From: Nemertoderma westbladi
Taxonomy: Eukaryota > Animalia > Xenacoelomorpha
Assembly: GCA_032718475.1 (NCBI GenBank)
Contig: JAUCBJ010001489.1
Span: 1-64,000, forward strand
DNA: 64,000 nucleotides
Reading direction: 5' to 3'
Shown: in pieces, positions 12,569-25,692 of the stretch
How the letters are laid out: the number at the start of each line of letters is the position of its first letter
How positions within the stretch are numbered: position 1 is the first letter of the stretch
Notes under the pieces: generated by a model
What the model was told of the DNA's origin: nothing
The model's database searches: none
What the model saw: only the letters and a program-made list of their open reading frames with translations
Program-made: the position numbers and the translations under genes

Positions 12569-13436
12569 TGTCACGATGAAATGTGCTATACTACTTGAAC
12601 TACTTACTACTTTGTTTAATCAAAAAAATAACTGTTGTAAATAATATACTAATATATTATTAAGTCTAGACCCCAATGACTAATTGAGTTATATATGGAA
12701 CAGGAATACAACATGACAAAAAAAAAACGGAACACCCACATCTGTCGTCGGTACATTGAGTTCAGTCAGTTTGACCTGAATTAATTAGTCTGTTGAATGT
12801 GTCCGTTTGTGTTTAACCCCTGTTTTTAGATCCCCCTTCACCTCTGTCAGTAACGTCTTGGCTGTCAGGTTCCTATCTACTAGTGTAAAGTTTGGTGTGT
12901 CAGTGAAGAATGACAAAGTATCCAAACTAAAGTCTTTAACACAGTGTTGTCTCTGTATTAAGTTCAGCAAAAGGCGTCATTGGGATGAGCCAATGGCAAA
13001 CTGTAATTGTGGTATTGGTACCACCCCCTGTCCTGTTTCGTGCAATTTTGCCATTGGATCAGAGACTCGTCACATGGTACAGCCGTCGCCCCCCACATGC
13101 AGTCCTATACGTCCTCTGTATACCGTGGTGTCCGTTTCAAGGTAATTTGCTCCACAAATTCCAGACCCAGAAAGGCGTGGTTGGAAATGGATTGAGCAAT
13201 ATTGATCTGATCTCTAGAACAAGAGTCTCTGAGTGTTTAACAGCTGTGAAGAGTCCTTGGTGTAGTGTGGCTTATAACTTGCCTTGGCCAATGGCGGATA
13301 GATGTATACCTCGTGAGTCAAGGACGTTTCCGCCCTCAACTTGCTGACTTAATGTGCCACCAATCCCAATAGCGGATCTATCCCCGTAAGTTGTAGATTT
13401 GCCATGTGGAGGCAAAAGTTTATAAGTTTATTTTTA

Positions 13437-15220
13437 TTAAAGTTTGTTATTTAAGTTTATAATGAACTTACGACCAGACATGGAATTGTATCTCATAAAG
13501 TTTAGCATAGTATCATTGAGAGTAGGTCCTAGGGATGACAAATAATACCCAGGGACTGTTCTTATACTAAAACTGTCGCGTGCATAGCTTATTAATGATT
13601 GTGTAGCCAGCAACTTGGCACCTTCCATTAAGTCAGAAGCAAAATTGATTAAAACTTCTTTTTTTAACCAGTGCATTTCTTCAATCTTGGTTTGATCTTT
13701 TATATCTTCGATCTCTCTCCTATGATCAGATGTGCGAGGCATGTAGAAAGGTAGGTGCCAGCCTGAAGAATCAGTCTCACATCTTTTCAGGTGATTAAGT
13801 ATCAGGTTATGGTGGCACTTGTTGTGCTCGCATTTAAGGTTCCACAATGTCTTTAAATTAGTTAGTAGAAGTAAATCATGACAGCCCATTATAGTGTCAA
13901 TTAGAGAAGGAGGAGGAAATCCACCAAGTGATGGAGGTAATAATAATTGTTTATGATCATCCCACATTCTACGCTTTGAACTAAAAAATCTGGTTAATCC
14001 AAATACACATTGAAATCTATGCAAGAAACATGCATATATTAGGGATGCTTGAATACCATCACCGTTGCATGACAATAGCTGCTGCATTGTTGATGTACAA
14101 CTATTATAATAGTTTTCAGGTGTAATATCTCTACTGATTTGCAAAGGACCCGTTACAAACTTCAAAACTGCTAACACCTGTTTCCCCATATTCATGAATT
14201 CTGATTTAAACTCACAGATAGATGGTGAGCTATTGCTTTTTTCTGAAATTATCATATTACACATGTTTTCGACTGTTGAGAATACCTTTTGATAAAGCAT
14301 AATCATATCTTTGACTTCCTGCCATTGTGTTGGCACAGTAAACTCTATTTCCATTATATTGGCATAATCATCTGACGTGCCCATCTCATCATTTCTAATT
14401 TGTTTCACATTGTGGTACACTTTCTTTATATACAATATTGATATATGATGACTGTAATTGTTAACACATGTACCGTAAACGTCACTACACCTGTGCAACA
14501 TGCCTTGACCCATGTCAAATGTAGTCTCAACATATGAGTTACCCTTTTTAAGTATCTCATGTACAAAAGTCTCATTGTCATCCAATTCCATCTTTTTAAT
14601 GATTTTCTTAAAACCATTTTTACATAACTTATAGGGATTTCCATTCTCTTGTATGTGTGACATGCAAGCTCCAACTCCATGACATCGCTATACTCTTGCA
14701 TATCAAATGCAACCATGATAACCCTGAATGCTTGTGGGTGGTGGTTTGGACCCCATTTACCATGATCGTAAGTCCAGTAAGTTGTCCACACTTTCTTTTC
14801 TCCTTTGATCTTAATTGTATTGTTAGTGGGATCTGATCTGTCAGTTTGATATATGGATGAAACATTTTCCGTCATTGCTTCACAGACCCTCTTTCTAAAG
14901 TTAACTTCATTGCTTTTTACATCTAAACAACTAGTAGGCATTGATTTAGACACTGCTAATGCCGGCATCTCCACTAATCTAAATTTAAGCTTCCCTGCAG
15001 TGTCTGATAAAGTAAGTTCACGTACGCTAATTACCTGTTGTTTTGCTGCAATTCCAAAGTATATAGGTTGTGCATCAACACAACCTGATATGTCATTGAC
15101 TAGTTCGTAAATGCTAACATCTTCTGTTGCAATCTTATTAAGTAAACTCAGAACTGCTTGAGTTGTTACTTCACGACCATTCTTGAAAGGTTGCAGTAAC
15201 ACACCTTGATAATCTGCTTT
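13437..15220 (-). pseudogene. L: Endogenous viral element: arenavirus-like (Bunyaviricetes) L protein RdRp core, one frameshift near 14595
   Basis: Pre-A/F AAKQQVISVRELTLSDTAGKLKFRLVE; A YDHGKWGP; B FDMGQGMLHRCSDVYG; C GTSDDY; D NMIISEKS; E CEFKSEF...LKFV; in correct order across ORFs 14426-15202 and 13437-14663. Confidence 0.93.
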
Positions 15221-15391
15221 ATATTTTTAGAATTATTATAATTAATTTTGTTATGTTTATAATGAATTATATCTTTTGACAGACTAATTGATGGGGGGGG
15301 GGGGGGGGGGCAATCAATATTCTCCCCTCTACAGGTGAAAATTGAGACAAATAACAGCCTGTTTACTACTAAAATAAAACTGCATCCTGTT

Positions 15392-15689
15392 CTATAGGAA
15401 AAAAACATTATAGGGGAAATTTTAGCAAATTGTGTATATTTTAGCCGATAGACAAGATTACATGTTTACCAAGTTTGATATAATTTAGTCAGAGATTGAA
15501 AGAGTTACGATTTTAATGAATTACGTTATTTTGTTCCTCTAAGACAGACGATTTCTGCAAATCCTTGACAAAAACAAATATTGTTTTCTGCATCAGATGT
15601 ATCAAACATTCAGCAAGATATTGGAAATAAAAGTAAATTGAAATAGTGCAATTTTACTTCTTAACCTTTATAAACTGAATAAAATTAAC
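15392..15689 (+). repeat. Dispersed ~300-bp repeat (inverted copy at 61849-62147)
   Basis: Near-identical reverse complement of 61849-62147. Confidence 0.9.
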
Positions 15690-15922
15690 TGTATTAGAGC
15701 AATTATATTTGACACCTTTATGAACTAAGTAAAAAAGTACCTTGAATTACTGCAATTATACTTGCTTGAGTAAAGCAATTATATTTGGCAACTTTATGAA
15801 CTGAGTAAAAAAGTAACTTGAATTACTGCAATTATACTTAATACCTTTATGAAATGTGTAAAAGTAACTGAAAGTAAAGCAATTATACTTGATACCTATA
15901 TGAACTGAATTCGTATAATAAT
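15690..15922. repeat. Degenerate tandem repeat (~55-bp unit)
   Basis: gcaattata...cctttatgaactgagtaaaaaagta recurs; an inverted piece lies at ~46441-46490. Confidence 0.7.
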
Positions 15923-16424
15923 CGAGTTAGGGTTGGGGGGAATCACGAAGTCAAATCTTTAGGGTGATCAAAATAGGTAGATATTTGGTGCCAATATTTC
16001 GGCCACAACATGTAATAATAATAATAAATACAGTAATTATTTATATTATACAAAATAACAGGCCTTCAACAGGGCTAATCAGGATCTGTCGGGCTACGTA
16101 AGAAACTGACTACTGGACTAAAAACACTACTTCCCTAGATTCACTACTCAGACTATATCACTACTGGGTTGGTACTACCGGTAGGTTAGGTGTGGCAACA
16201 AAATATAATATTATTATGGGGCTACGCGTATCCGCGTATCCCTGTAATCGCCGGCAAAGCAATTAATTAACAGAATTTCAAACAAAAAATTTACAAAAAA
16301 TTTATTTAAAGCCGCAAAATAATTTAGTATACGATTGTTATTATTCGCACCAAGAATTAATATTAAAAGATATTCGTGAAAAATACGGAATTTATATTAC
16401 GATATGTCTGCGTACAGTATAATC

Positions 16425-17544
16425 TTACCATCCCCGGTTGTAATCTATGTTGTATTGCGTGTTGAGTGTTGGGTGCTCGTGTGTTATGAAATACTTCTCG
16501 CTGAGTTTTCTGTCGGTCCAATCCTTGCATATGCGTTTAATTTTGATTGTGAATGGGTGCGGTGTACTGTTATGGCCTTCATGTTTATCTAGAAAGTGTT
16601 CCCCGATTGGTTCTTTCCGGTTGGCATTATGTATAGAATTTCTATGTTTCATTATGCGTATGCGCAAGGGGCCCGCCGTTTCTCCTATGTAGTTCTCCAC
16701 TTTATGGGTGCACAGAGTACATTGTAATTCATAGACCACGTTGCTGGTAGTGCAGGCTCTAACTCCGTGGTTACAAGTGTAGCAGGGGGTGTTTCTAAGG
16801 GATGGACAAGGGGATCCCGTAAGGCTACCTCGTATCAGGAAACGTTTAAGGTTGGGGCCTGGTAGGTGGACAACCCTGATATTGGATCTGAGCGGGGACA
16901 ACTCAACAATAGTTTGTTCCCCTTTTCGTACATGTTCGTTAAAAAATGGTATAACTAATGGTATACACGTAGCGTTAACATTTTTGCGTGGGCGGGTTTT
17001 GGGTATTGGACCTAATATTGTATTCTGGGTGCTGATACGTGGGTGTGGGGCGGGGTGGTTAGTATGTCTGGGCATGTTGTGGGGGCTAGTCCTGGTGTAT
17101 GTATACAGTACAGTATGTGTACAGTATGTGTATTATTGGTGTTGGCGTGGGAGTGTCCGTTAGTGCGTGGGCGTAATGGTGGGTTAGTGCTCGATATTGT
17201 GTTTCTACGGCTAGTGCTATTATTCCGTGGGTGTGTTATGGGGGGGAAAGTGCGTTAGATATAAGTTTGGTATCTAAGTGGGCGGGGTAGTCATTGTTAC
17301 ACAGGATGTTTCTAACTTTATCAAGACTGCGTGAGCGGCCGTTCGGGGTGTTACTATTGCAAATAGCGCGTTGAATGGTTGACCTAGCGACATTGACAAT
17401 CATGTTTCGGGGGTGGTTACTGTGGTAGTTCAAAATGATACCAGCACTACTAGGTTTAATAAAAAGTTCAAAATCTATCCGTCCTTCGTTGTTAATGGTG
17501 GTTGTCACGTCAAGGAATGCTAAACTAGAGAAAGATTTCTCCAT
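16425..17544 (-). mobile_element. 5'-truncated Penelope-like retroelement (RT thumb plus GIY-YIG endonuclease)
   Basis: LAFLDV...ELFIKPS...YHSNHP...NDYP; C-terminal PCYTC...NVVYELQCTLC...YIGET...RIMKH...IGEHF...E...I....PTLN; frame-disrupted P/T-rich linker. Confidence 0.9.
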
Positions 17545-18199
17545 GGTTTCTGACTTCTGATTTCTGACTATCCGACAATCTGTCCGTCAAATATGAGAAA
17601 AGGGCATACAATCTAGTTAAAAGTTCAGCTAGAGGGGTTTTCCTGGTCGCAGAATTCATTTCGAGTGTCAGATTTAACATCGGAAGACTTCCAAATTGTC
17701 TGTTTGGCAGTCAAGCTGTCTGTTGGTAATTTTTTGACGGACATACTGACAGGCATATAGACAGAAACGACAAGGCCAAATTTGAATATTGACATCAGAA
17801 ATAAAGTCACCAACCACGAAAACCCTTATAGGGAATTTTGTAGACAGATAGTTTGCTTTTTATTGATGGACAGACATTCTGACGGACAAATCGACAGTCA
17901 ATCGGACAGACAGCCATATCTCGAGAAGTAAGACAGATCTTGCTAAACGGTTTTAAAATTTGGAATCTTCATCTCTAAATGAAATATAATAAAAAAAAAT
18001 TTTTTTTTTATATTAATACTTATTTATTATCAATAAAGAGTAAAATTTAGAACATTGCACAAATAAATAATGTATAGATATATGTATATGTATAAAACAC
18101 AGTCAAGATGAGCTTCAATTTGAATATTTGTATATTGACAGAGAATCATAAGATAAATCAATTGGATTATAGAGTGGAAAATTTAAATTTAGATTATTC

Positions 18200-19665
18200 A
18201 ATTGCGAGTATTAATAAGTTGTGTTACAGTCACCATCACCCATCAACCCCATCAAACAGTCCGATGTAGTGGAAGGGTGTGTCCACGGTTCCCACCAACG
18301 ACGCCGCGTTTCCCATGAGAATTGCCACCACCAAGCGTCTCAGCAAAAACTTCCGTTGCGACCGTTGCTCATGGGTCCGAGCATGAAGACGCGCCCCGAC
18401 TTCCTGGAGGAAGCTGGCAGTCTCGGGTCCAGGTCGACCAAAGGTCTCAAAGGCCACAGGACTGAAGTAGCAGCGACCACGCTCTACCAACTCGCTATAC
18501 TTCCTAATCTTCACCCGCTCAGCCTCCTCAGCAGCACGCCACCAGCGATGAGGGTCTGCTGGAGATGACTCGTGGCGAGGGGATCCGTTACGGTTGCGTC
18601 CCAGGCCAATGAGCGGCCGCGGTTCCAAGGCATCACTGTAACCCCGTCAACCCTCTTACCATCGCTCTGACACAGACCTGGGGGCTCAAGGATGGGGGAC
18701 ACCCCGCAGCTGACCAGCGCCCGCCTTACTATATCGTTCAACATAGCGTGGTGGGGATGCCGGCCAGCGCTCCTCAGGTAGCAGATACCATGGAGACCAT
18801 CAGCAGCTACCAGGCTACCACAGCAACAGGTATGCGGCTCGACTACCTTACATCCCAGCTGCATGGCAACGGCGATGCAGAAGTGGCTGTCATCCAGCTT
18901 CAGTCCCAACGACGAGATGGGTAGAGCACTGAGCCAGCATCCGGCAACTGGGTGGTCCAGGGAATTTAACCTAGCAAGGTCGACTGGGGATGAAACTAGA
19001 CGCAGCGCTGCGAGGTTAGCCAAGTGGACTGGGGCCACCCACGCCCTCTGAGCAGTCATAGAGGGTAGAGTAGCGTCCGAAGGGAGGGAGGATATCCAGA
19101 ACTCCCGGGCCAACTCGTTGGTTGGGCTCACCACCCCCACTGAGTGGAGCAGGCGGTCGGACAGAGAAGAACAGGCAGCCACGGCTGGCGGATGGTGCGA
19201 GCTGCACTGCCGAACTCAGTCCGAGACCACCCACCCGTGCGGGGAGGCAGGCCTGGTCCCAGGCTGGGTCGCTGATATTAGTGTTAGCGACTTCCTGCAG
19301 GGTACTTCGGAGGATATCGTCGTAGTTCTTAAGTGATTCAGGGAATAGGAAGCACGGCGCTGTCCGGAGGAAGCCAAGGTTAGCCGAGGTATGGCAAATG
19401 AATTCTTTAGGAGGAAGAAGCCGTGGTGGGCATCTAGTAGAGGTATGCGGCAGGCTAGGGTAGAGAGGTCCCCTATCTTTGATGCGAGGCAGGATGCTAT
19501 AGCGGCATCACCAATGCGGGCACCCAGCATTGACAGCTGTTCAAGGGGTGGGTACTTGATACCAGGGCAGACTGAGTTGAACTCCAACTGGATACGGGCG
19601 CGAGATTCCTCTGTCTCCAGCCCTAGGAAGAAAAGTTCACTCCTCCCAGGGTTTATCCTCAACCC
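18200..19665 (-). mobile_element. 5'-truncated REL-endonuclease non-LTR retrotransposon (CRE-like), frameshifted
   Basis: GLRINPGRSE; GGLGL; WLSALPISSLGLKLD; C-C...H..C zinc knuckle; RHAMLND-like motif; KRVDG...WDATV; KIRKY...FSPVAFETFG. Confidence 0.88.
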
Positions 19666-19964
19666 CAAAAAACCTCAAAAAACCTCAAAAAAAATTGAAA
19701 AAAAATTTGATTTCCTGTACTGATCCCCTTAAAAGTAGTAATTCTCCGGGATGATATGGACGCGAAATTCCATTAAATTCCATTTGTGAAAATCTTCGTA
19801 TATCATTCCAGTATGTTATTGTTAAAGAATTTTGTGGCTCTAAAACCCTATCTACAACTCAAAACTTCAGCTATAAGGTTAGTTAACTATATTGTAATTA
19901 TGATAAAGTGAGTTGATAAACTAAATAAAGTAAATAAGCAATATAATAATTTATTAATTATTTT

Positions 19965-20094
19965 GGGTGTCGTCCATAAAAGGACGCCGAGATCAGAGGG
20001 GGTCATCAAAATCCGGACATATTCCGACAGGGGGGAGGGGGGGTCCATAAATCCGGGATTTTGATTTACTCAGACGTCCTTTATGGATGACCCC
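19965..20094. mobile_element. Short MITE, PIF/Harbinger-like TIRs
   Basis: gggtgtcgtccataaaaggacgc ... gacgtcctttatggatgacccc imperfect inverted termini. Confidence 0.6.
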
Positions 20095-20334
20095 TTGAGC
20101 ATTATGTTTTTATATATACAGTATAGGTCTGATTCAGATAGTCGGAAGCACAATACGGGATATTGTAAAGAATAATATTAAGTAGTTTTAGTTTAAACTA
20201 GGCCTATTTTATACTGTTATATAGTTTTTAATATTTCTCACATTCACACATAACATTCCGTTGATACTGTTATTTCTGTATCACCTCTGTAACTAATATA
20301 CTTCAGTATAATTTATATTTCTGGTTAGAAAACA

Positions 20335-21801
20335 CACCACACTGTGGACACTAGTAGAGCCAGATTCTGGTGGTAGAGCCAATGGTGGCGGTGTCACCAC
20401 GTTTGTTGATGGCAGCTGAACCGGTTCAGATTGAGGCTGTCGGGTGGAGTAATATATTTGTGAGGGGTATAGATTACTAATTTCGGTACGTGCATTTGGT
20501 AGGTGTACAGCCATTTGACCAGGTGTCGGCGAAATACGAATTTGAGAGTGGCGTTGCGGGAAGAATGTCAATGCAAGAATATATAAATGTTATAATACAG
20601 TTGATATTTTGTATTATTTAGTGATAGGGTTTGGTTTGGTTAGATTAGTTTGTGTAGGGTTACGCTTGGATAGTGTTAGGTTTGTCCACGGCTAGGTTAG
20701 CAAGCAAACACTTTCGCCGTGAGGACCAGCCAGTGCATAATCTTGTACTTTGGCAGCCTCATGGAGTGAATAGGCATGGTGGACAGCCCATGACTTTCTT
20801 GAGACACATCTTAAAGGACACTGGCCTTAAAGATGCGGATGATCTAGCAAATGTCATGGGTGATGGGGAGTTGTGGCGGTGCAATTTTGTTGACAAGCCG
20901 GCACAGCATTCTTAAAAATGCAGCTGCAATGCAGCATGCCGATCCTAGTAGTAGTAGCAAGCAAACAGTCGGCTGAAGCCGGAGGCGACCCAAAGGCTCA
21001 TCTGTCGATCGCGCTCAACCAACTGATCTACCCCAGTACCCACCATTAGGTTAGGTTAGGTTATGTTAAAAAACCCAAAATATAAAAATGACAAAAAATA
21101 ACAATTATCGGTATATAATATATATATACCATTTTCATAATTAAAAATTTATACCATTAGTGATAACTCACTTCTTCTTAACCTTCTTGCCAACAAGAAT
21201 GGCTAGAGACTGCGACTGGTATTCTGAGTCACTGTCAATCACCTGCAATGCAACACGCTTGCGCTGCGCTGCGGCCATCAAACCTAGTCCGCTGCAGTTC
21301 TTTGTCTGACCCAACACAATCGGAGTCTGCCACAGACATTCTCTCGATTTCCCGAGCTCTTAGTAATGAATCTATATAATAGTAGACGTTGTTTACTACT
21401 TAAACAATAAAAAGTAAACATTGTATTGCTGTTCCATTTCGTACAAACCAGTTAAATATGTTATTGATAAATACTGGTATAGTAACCTACCGGTAAACCA
21501 GTACATATGAAATTACTAACTTTGTCTATTTACATATAAATATAATATATATAAAAATAATTGAAAATTATGATCAATCACCTGTATGGGAATTCCACAC
21601 GACTCGAATACTGAATAGCCCCCAATTACTGGCTGATTTACAGTCAGCTGGAGTACAATCTTTTAGGGCTTTAGATATAAGACGCGTAGATTCAGGATAT
21701 TGTACAGTTTTTGAGTCTTCTTCCAACCAACTGGTGCAGCACACCCCACTAAACTCGTCCTTCATCAACATTGAAGATGATATGCAGTAATTGCAAGCCA
21801 C
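20335..21801 (-). pseudogene. Spliced remnant resembling a DUF4806/BEN-type DNA-transposon accessory gene
   Basis: Exon VCCTSWL...VQYP...ISKALKDCTP...W...R joins in frame (ACAG|GT..AG|AT) to DSLLRAREIERMSVADSD; a P/S-rich exon follows at ~20335-20580; family call is by resemblance only. Confidence 0.45.
20711..20957 (+). mobile_element. Highly 5'-truncated RTE-clade LINE copy with (TAG)n tail
   Basis: Near-identical to 50788-51031; 13-bp TSD tagcaagcaaaca at 20698-20710 and 20955-20967. Confidence 0.92.
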
Positions 21802-21984
21802 AATTTATACAAATATGTATACTTTACTATAGATGTTTGTATGTCTTCTATATTGCTTCTAATAATATATGAAATTCACTAGGCCTAAACTAAACGTAAT
21901 GTAATTCCATGAATGTACCATAGATTAAAATAGGATTAAAATAGGAGTTATCGGCCTGACAGATAGTTGGCTTTCCTGAACTTA

Positions 21985-24900
21985 ATTTAAATATTTGTTT
22001 TTGGAATATTGCAGGATGCAAGGACAAACTTTCTAGTGGTAGTATTATATCGTTCATAGTAAACTATGATTTAGTTTATATATCAGAGACTAAAACGGCC
22101 GCCAGTGTTTCTGTACCAGGTTTTGCGACTATTTCAAACCCGTCAAAGTCACCACATCGTGGTGGTATAATCTTACATGTTAAATACGCTATACTCGACA
22201 GAATCAAATCTATAGATAAGTCAGTAGAAGGTCAGATATGGATTGAGTTTGACTATATAGCTGATACATTGTTTGGTAGAGTCTATATTCCGCCGAATGA
22301 TAGTCTGTACTACGATGATTCATTATTCACTGAACTGCACCACAAATTTGACTCGTCAAAAGATTTCGTTGCGTTAGGTGATTTTAACGCTCGTGTCGGC
22401 ATTCCACAAATCTATGATATCGACAATGAGATAAATACAAGTAATCTACACTATAGAAATATATCTGATCTAACAGTTAACAAAAGTGGTCAAATTCTAT
22501 AGTGCATTTGCACAGCTACAAATTAAATTGTTTGTAATAATCTTTGTTCTGGGTACTCTAACCTAGGAGGTGGTCTAACTTATAAGAAAGGTGGTAAATG
22601 GGTGTCAGAAATCGATCTTTGCGTGTCGAGCTCTAATATTTATGGTTCAATTGCAACGCTCGACGTACATCAAGACATTCTAGGTTCCAATCACGCACCA
22701 ATATCTATTTTGGTTAAGGTTGATAGAGAAAACTTTTTTGTTGATAAGAAGGGTCTATTTACTCGTAGTATGAGTTTAGGTTGTTCAATTTATGAAGACG
22801 GTGATGCTGTTAAGCTTACTGGAGTAGCCATGGATATCAAAGGACTTTCCCATAAATTTGTCGAATGCGACAAGTTTGAGGCAAGGATTGCGCAATGTGA
22901 TCCTCCTGTTATCACGGATACTAACGATGTCGATACGTTGTTGGACTCGTTCTTTGAGACAATCAATGAAGCAGCCCGATCGTGTCGAAGATCTCGTAAC
23001 GATCCAGTGATCTCAAGGGATCCTGATGCATGTCGATGGGATCATATCATCAACTCAAATGATCCTAAAAGTTTATGGAAAGCACTCGACTGGAATGGAA
23101 ACATTTCATTTGAAGATGAGAATAATGCAAATACTGCACCTAAAGATGAGGAGTTTAGGACTCATTTTGAGTCTCTTCTCAATCCTAGTGAACCTGCAGA
23201 CATTGACTCCGACATTACTAGTACTATTTACGTACCATGTCTGGATGATCCATTTACTCAACGCGAATTTGCCGAAGGTTTGGCCGATATGAAAACCAAC
23301 AAAGGTTATATTGGAGTAAGCCCTGGCTTGCTAACTAGGCTTCCAGGTTCATGGCTGATATTCATCTTATCAATCTTTAATTTAATATTTATTGGTGCAA
23401 TATATCCTGTAAAATGGGATGTTAGTAAATTAATAACGTGTTTCAAATCTGGTAATAGATTAGATTGTGGCAATTACCGTGGTCTTAGTATAATGACAAC
23501 ACTGTTAAAGTTTTTTGATATATTAATTTACAATCGGTTATAATATTGGATTAATTTAGATAAATGTCAGGCAGGAGCTCAAAAAGGCCGAGGGTGCATT
23601 GAACACATCCTCGGACTTCGACTCATTATAGATTATGCAATTTTCAAGAAGTCTAAATTATACGTCGTTTTCATTGATTTTAGTAAGGCGTATGACCGTG
23701 TTCCACGTGATAAAATGTTTGAACTACTTAAATCTTCAGGGTGTGGTTTTCGGATGTTATTTATTATTAAAGCGCTGTATTCTGCAACAAAATCTATCTT
23801 AAGATCTGCTGTAATTCTGACTACTATTGGGGTCCGCCAGGGGGCGCCTTCAAGCAGGATTTTATTTTGTATGTACCTTAATAAACTTGTTATCATGTTA
23901 AAAGAAGCTGTTAAATGTGATGGTTTCCTTGGTGCTTTAGTTTGCCTTTTGTTTATGGACGATACATTAATAGTATCAACTTCTAGGAAAAATTGTGAAA
24001 TTAAATTACATGCTCTATACGATTATTGTACTGTTTTTGGTATGGCAATTAATCAAAAGAAAAGCAAATTTTTTGTAATAAACGGTAATGTTAATGACAG
24101 TAAACCATTTATTTTAGGTACTACAGTTATTTCTATATGTGAATTTTATGTTTATGTTCTGTTTTCGCCGCTGATGGCCGCATATCTACTGCACTAAAAC
24201 ATCATATTATCATATGTGAGAGAACAATTAATAAATTTGCAATATTTTGCAGTAAGAATACATCACTCCCATTCGCTTTAAAGAAAAAGGTTTTTGATGC
24301 ATGTATAATATCTTCTATTTTATATGGTTGTGAAACGTAGTTGTCTGTTAATGCATGTACTAAGCAAATTGAACCGGTCTACAATAGGTTAATTAAAATT
24401 TTACTTTCAGTACGTCAACAAACACCAATTGATTTGTGCTTAATTGAGTTTAATATCCCACCACTTAGTCACTGTATTGTAAATGCTAGACTTAAATATG
24501 TGAAAAAGATGTTTAATTTACCCGTGCACGATACTGATGTGCCTTTATATTATATTTATGATCTTTGTAAAGCTGCAAACACTCCCGGATATCGTTGTTT
24601 AATGTCAGCACTTGATTACAAGGTTGATGACCCCCTAACTTCCGTCCGTTTACGTGTATTAAATAAACCACTTTCAGCTACCAAGTTCCGTACTTACAGT
24701 GACACTATCAACCCTGGCCTTACTGCTCATCCACTATACAGTTGCTTGAAACCCGTCATCCCGGACTTTAAACGTGTCCACTTCACCAGACTCCGTCTCA
24801 TGTCACATAGACTCCGAGTGGAAACTGGTCGATGGACTCGTGTTGCTCCTGAGTTACGTGTTTGCTATTGTGATAATACCTCTGTACAAAATGAACATCA

Positions 24901-25060
24901 CATACTATTAAAATGCCCGATATCTGAATACATTAGAATTAAGTTTGTACAGTTAGATTTCACCGATTTATCTTCATTATTTTCTACCGATTTACTAGTT
25001 GATCTGTGCAGTTATGTCTCTGAAGTCCTATGTCTTTATTATTGAATTAATCTAGTGCTA
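21985..25060 (+). mobile_element. APE-type LINE (RTE-X-like) ORF2 pseudogene: endonuclease, RT and C-terminal CCHC
   Basis: ICFWNIAG, ISET, GDFNAR, SEIDL, GSNHAP (APE); NYRGLS, FIDFSKAYD, GVRQGA, LFMDD (RT); RLMSHRLRVETGRW..C.C....EHHILLKC; several stops. Confidence 0.9.
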
Positions 25061-25419
25061 ATTACTCTAGTTATTGATATTATTTCACGTATTAATTATT
25101 GTGCTATATATATATATACATATTATTCAGAAATTGATTTGGAATTGTGCGCCATTATTATGATATTATAGGCCGGACGGGCCGCATACCGTCTACTACT
25201 ACTACTACCAGTACCATAGTCCTCTTCAGAACATGGTAAGAAAATACACTTGTTAGCAATATAACTAAATAGATAAAATTGAAGTCAGTGAGATAGTTTT
25301 GAAGCTTTGCCAATACCTATCTCCAATGAAGAACATGGTCTCTCATAGGTATGGTCTCTCGTAGGTTGGTAATTATACTCAGTAATAATGGATAATTGAT
25401 TAACCCAATTAGTCGCTTG

Positions 25420-25692
25420 GCAGTTGTTAGAGCACTCTCAGGGAGAATCGGGGTGGTTGTTAGAACGTGCTCGAGGAGAATGTCGGTTGGTAGAGTGTGC
25501 TCAGGGAGAATAACAGCGGTTGGTAGAGCGTGCTCGGGGAGAATAACAGCAGTTGTTAGAGCGCCCTCAGGGAGAATCAGGGCGGTTGTTAGAACACACT
25601 CGGGGAGAATAACGGCAGTTGTTAGAGTGGGCTCAGGGAGAATCAGGGTGGTTGTTAGAGTGTGCTTGGGGAGAATAATGGCAGTTGGTAGA
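25420..25692. repeat. Minisatellite, ~33-bp unit, ~8 copies
   Basis: gttgttagagcgNNctcagggagaatNNNggcN repeated; explains ORF 25396-25695. Confidence 0.9.

Noticed and set aside
16000-16424. Expected pLTR and hammerhead downstream of the minus-strand Penelope
   Set aside because: No CUGANGA...GAAA core found by eye; the element appears truncated
21046-21062. (TTAGG)3 as telomeric repeat evidence for an arthropod host
   Set aside because: Only three units in an interstitial position; too weak to assign a host
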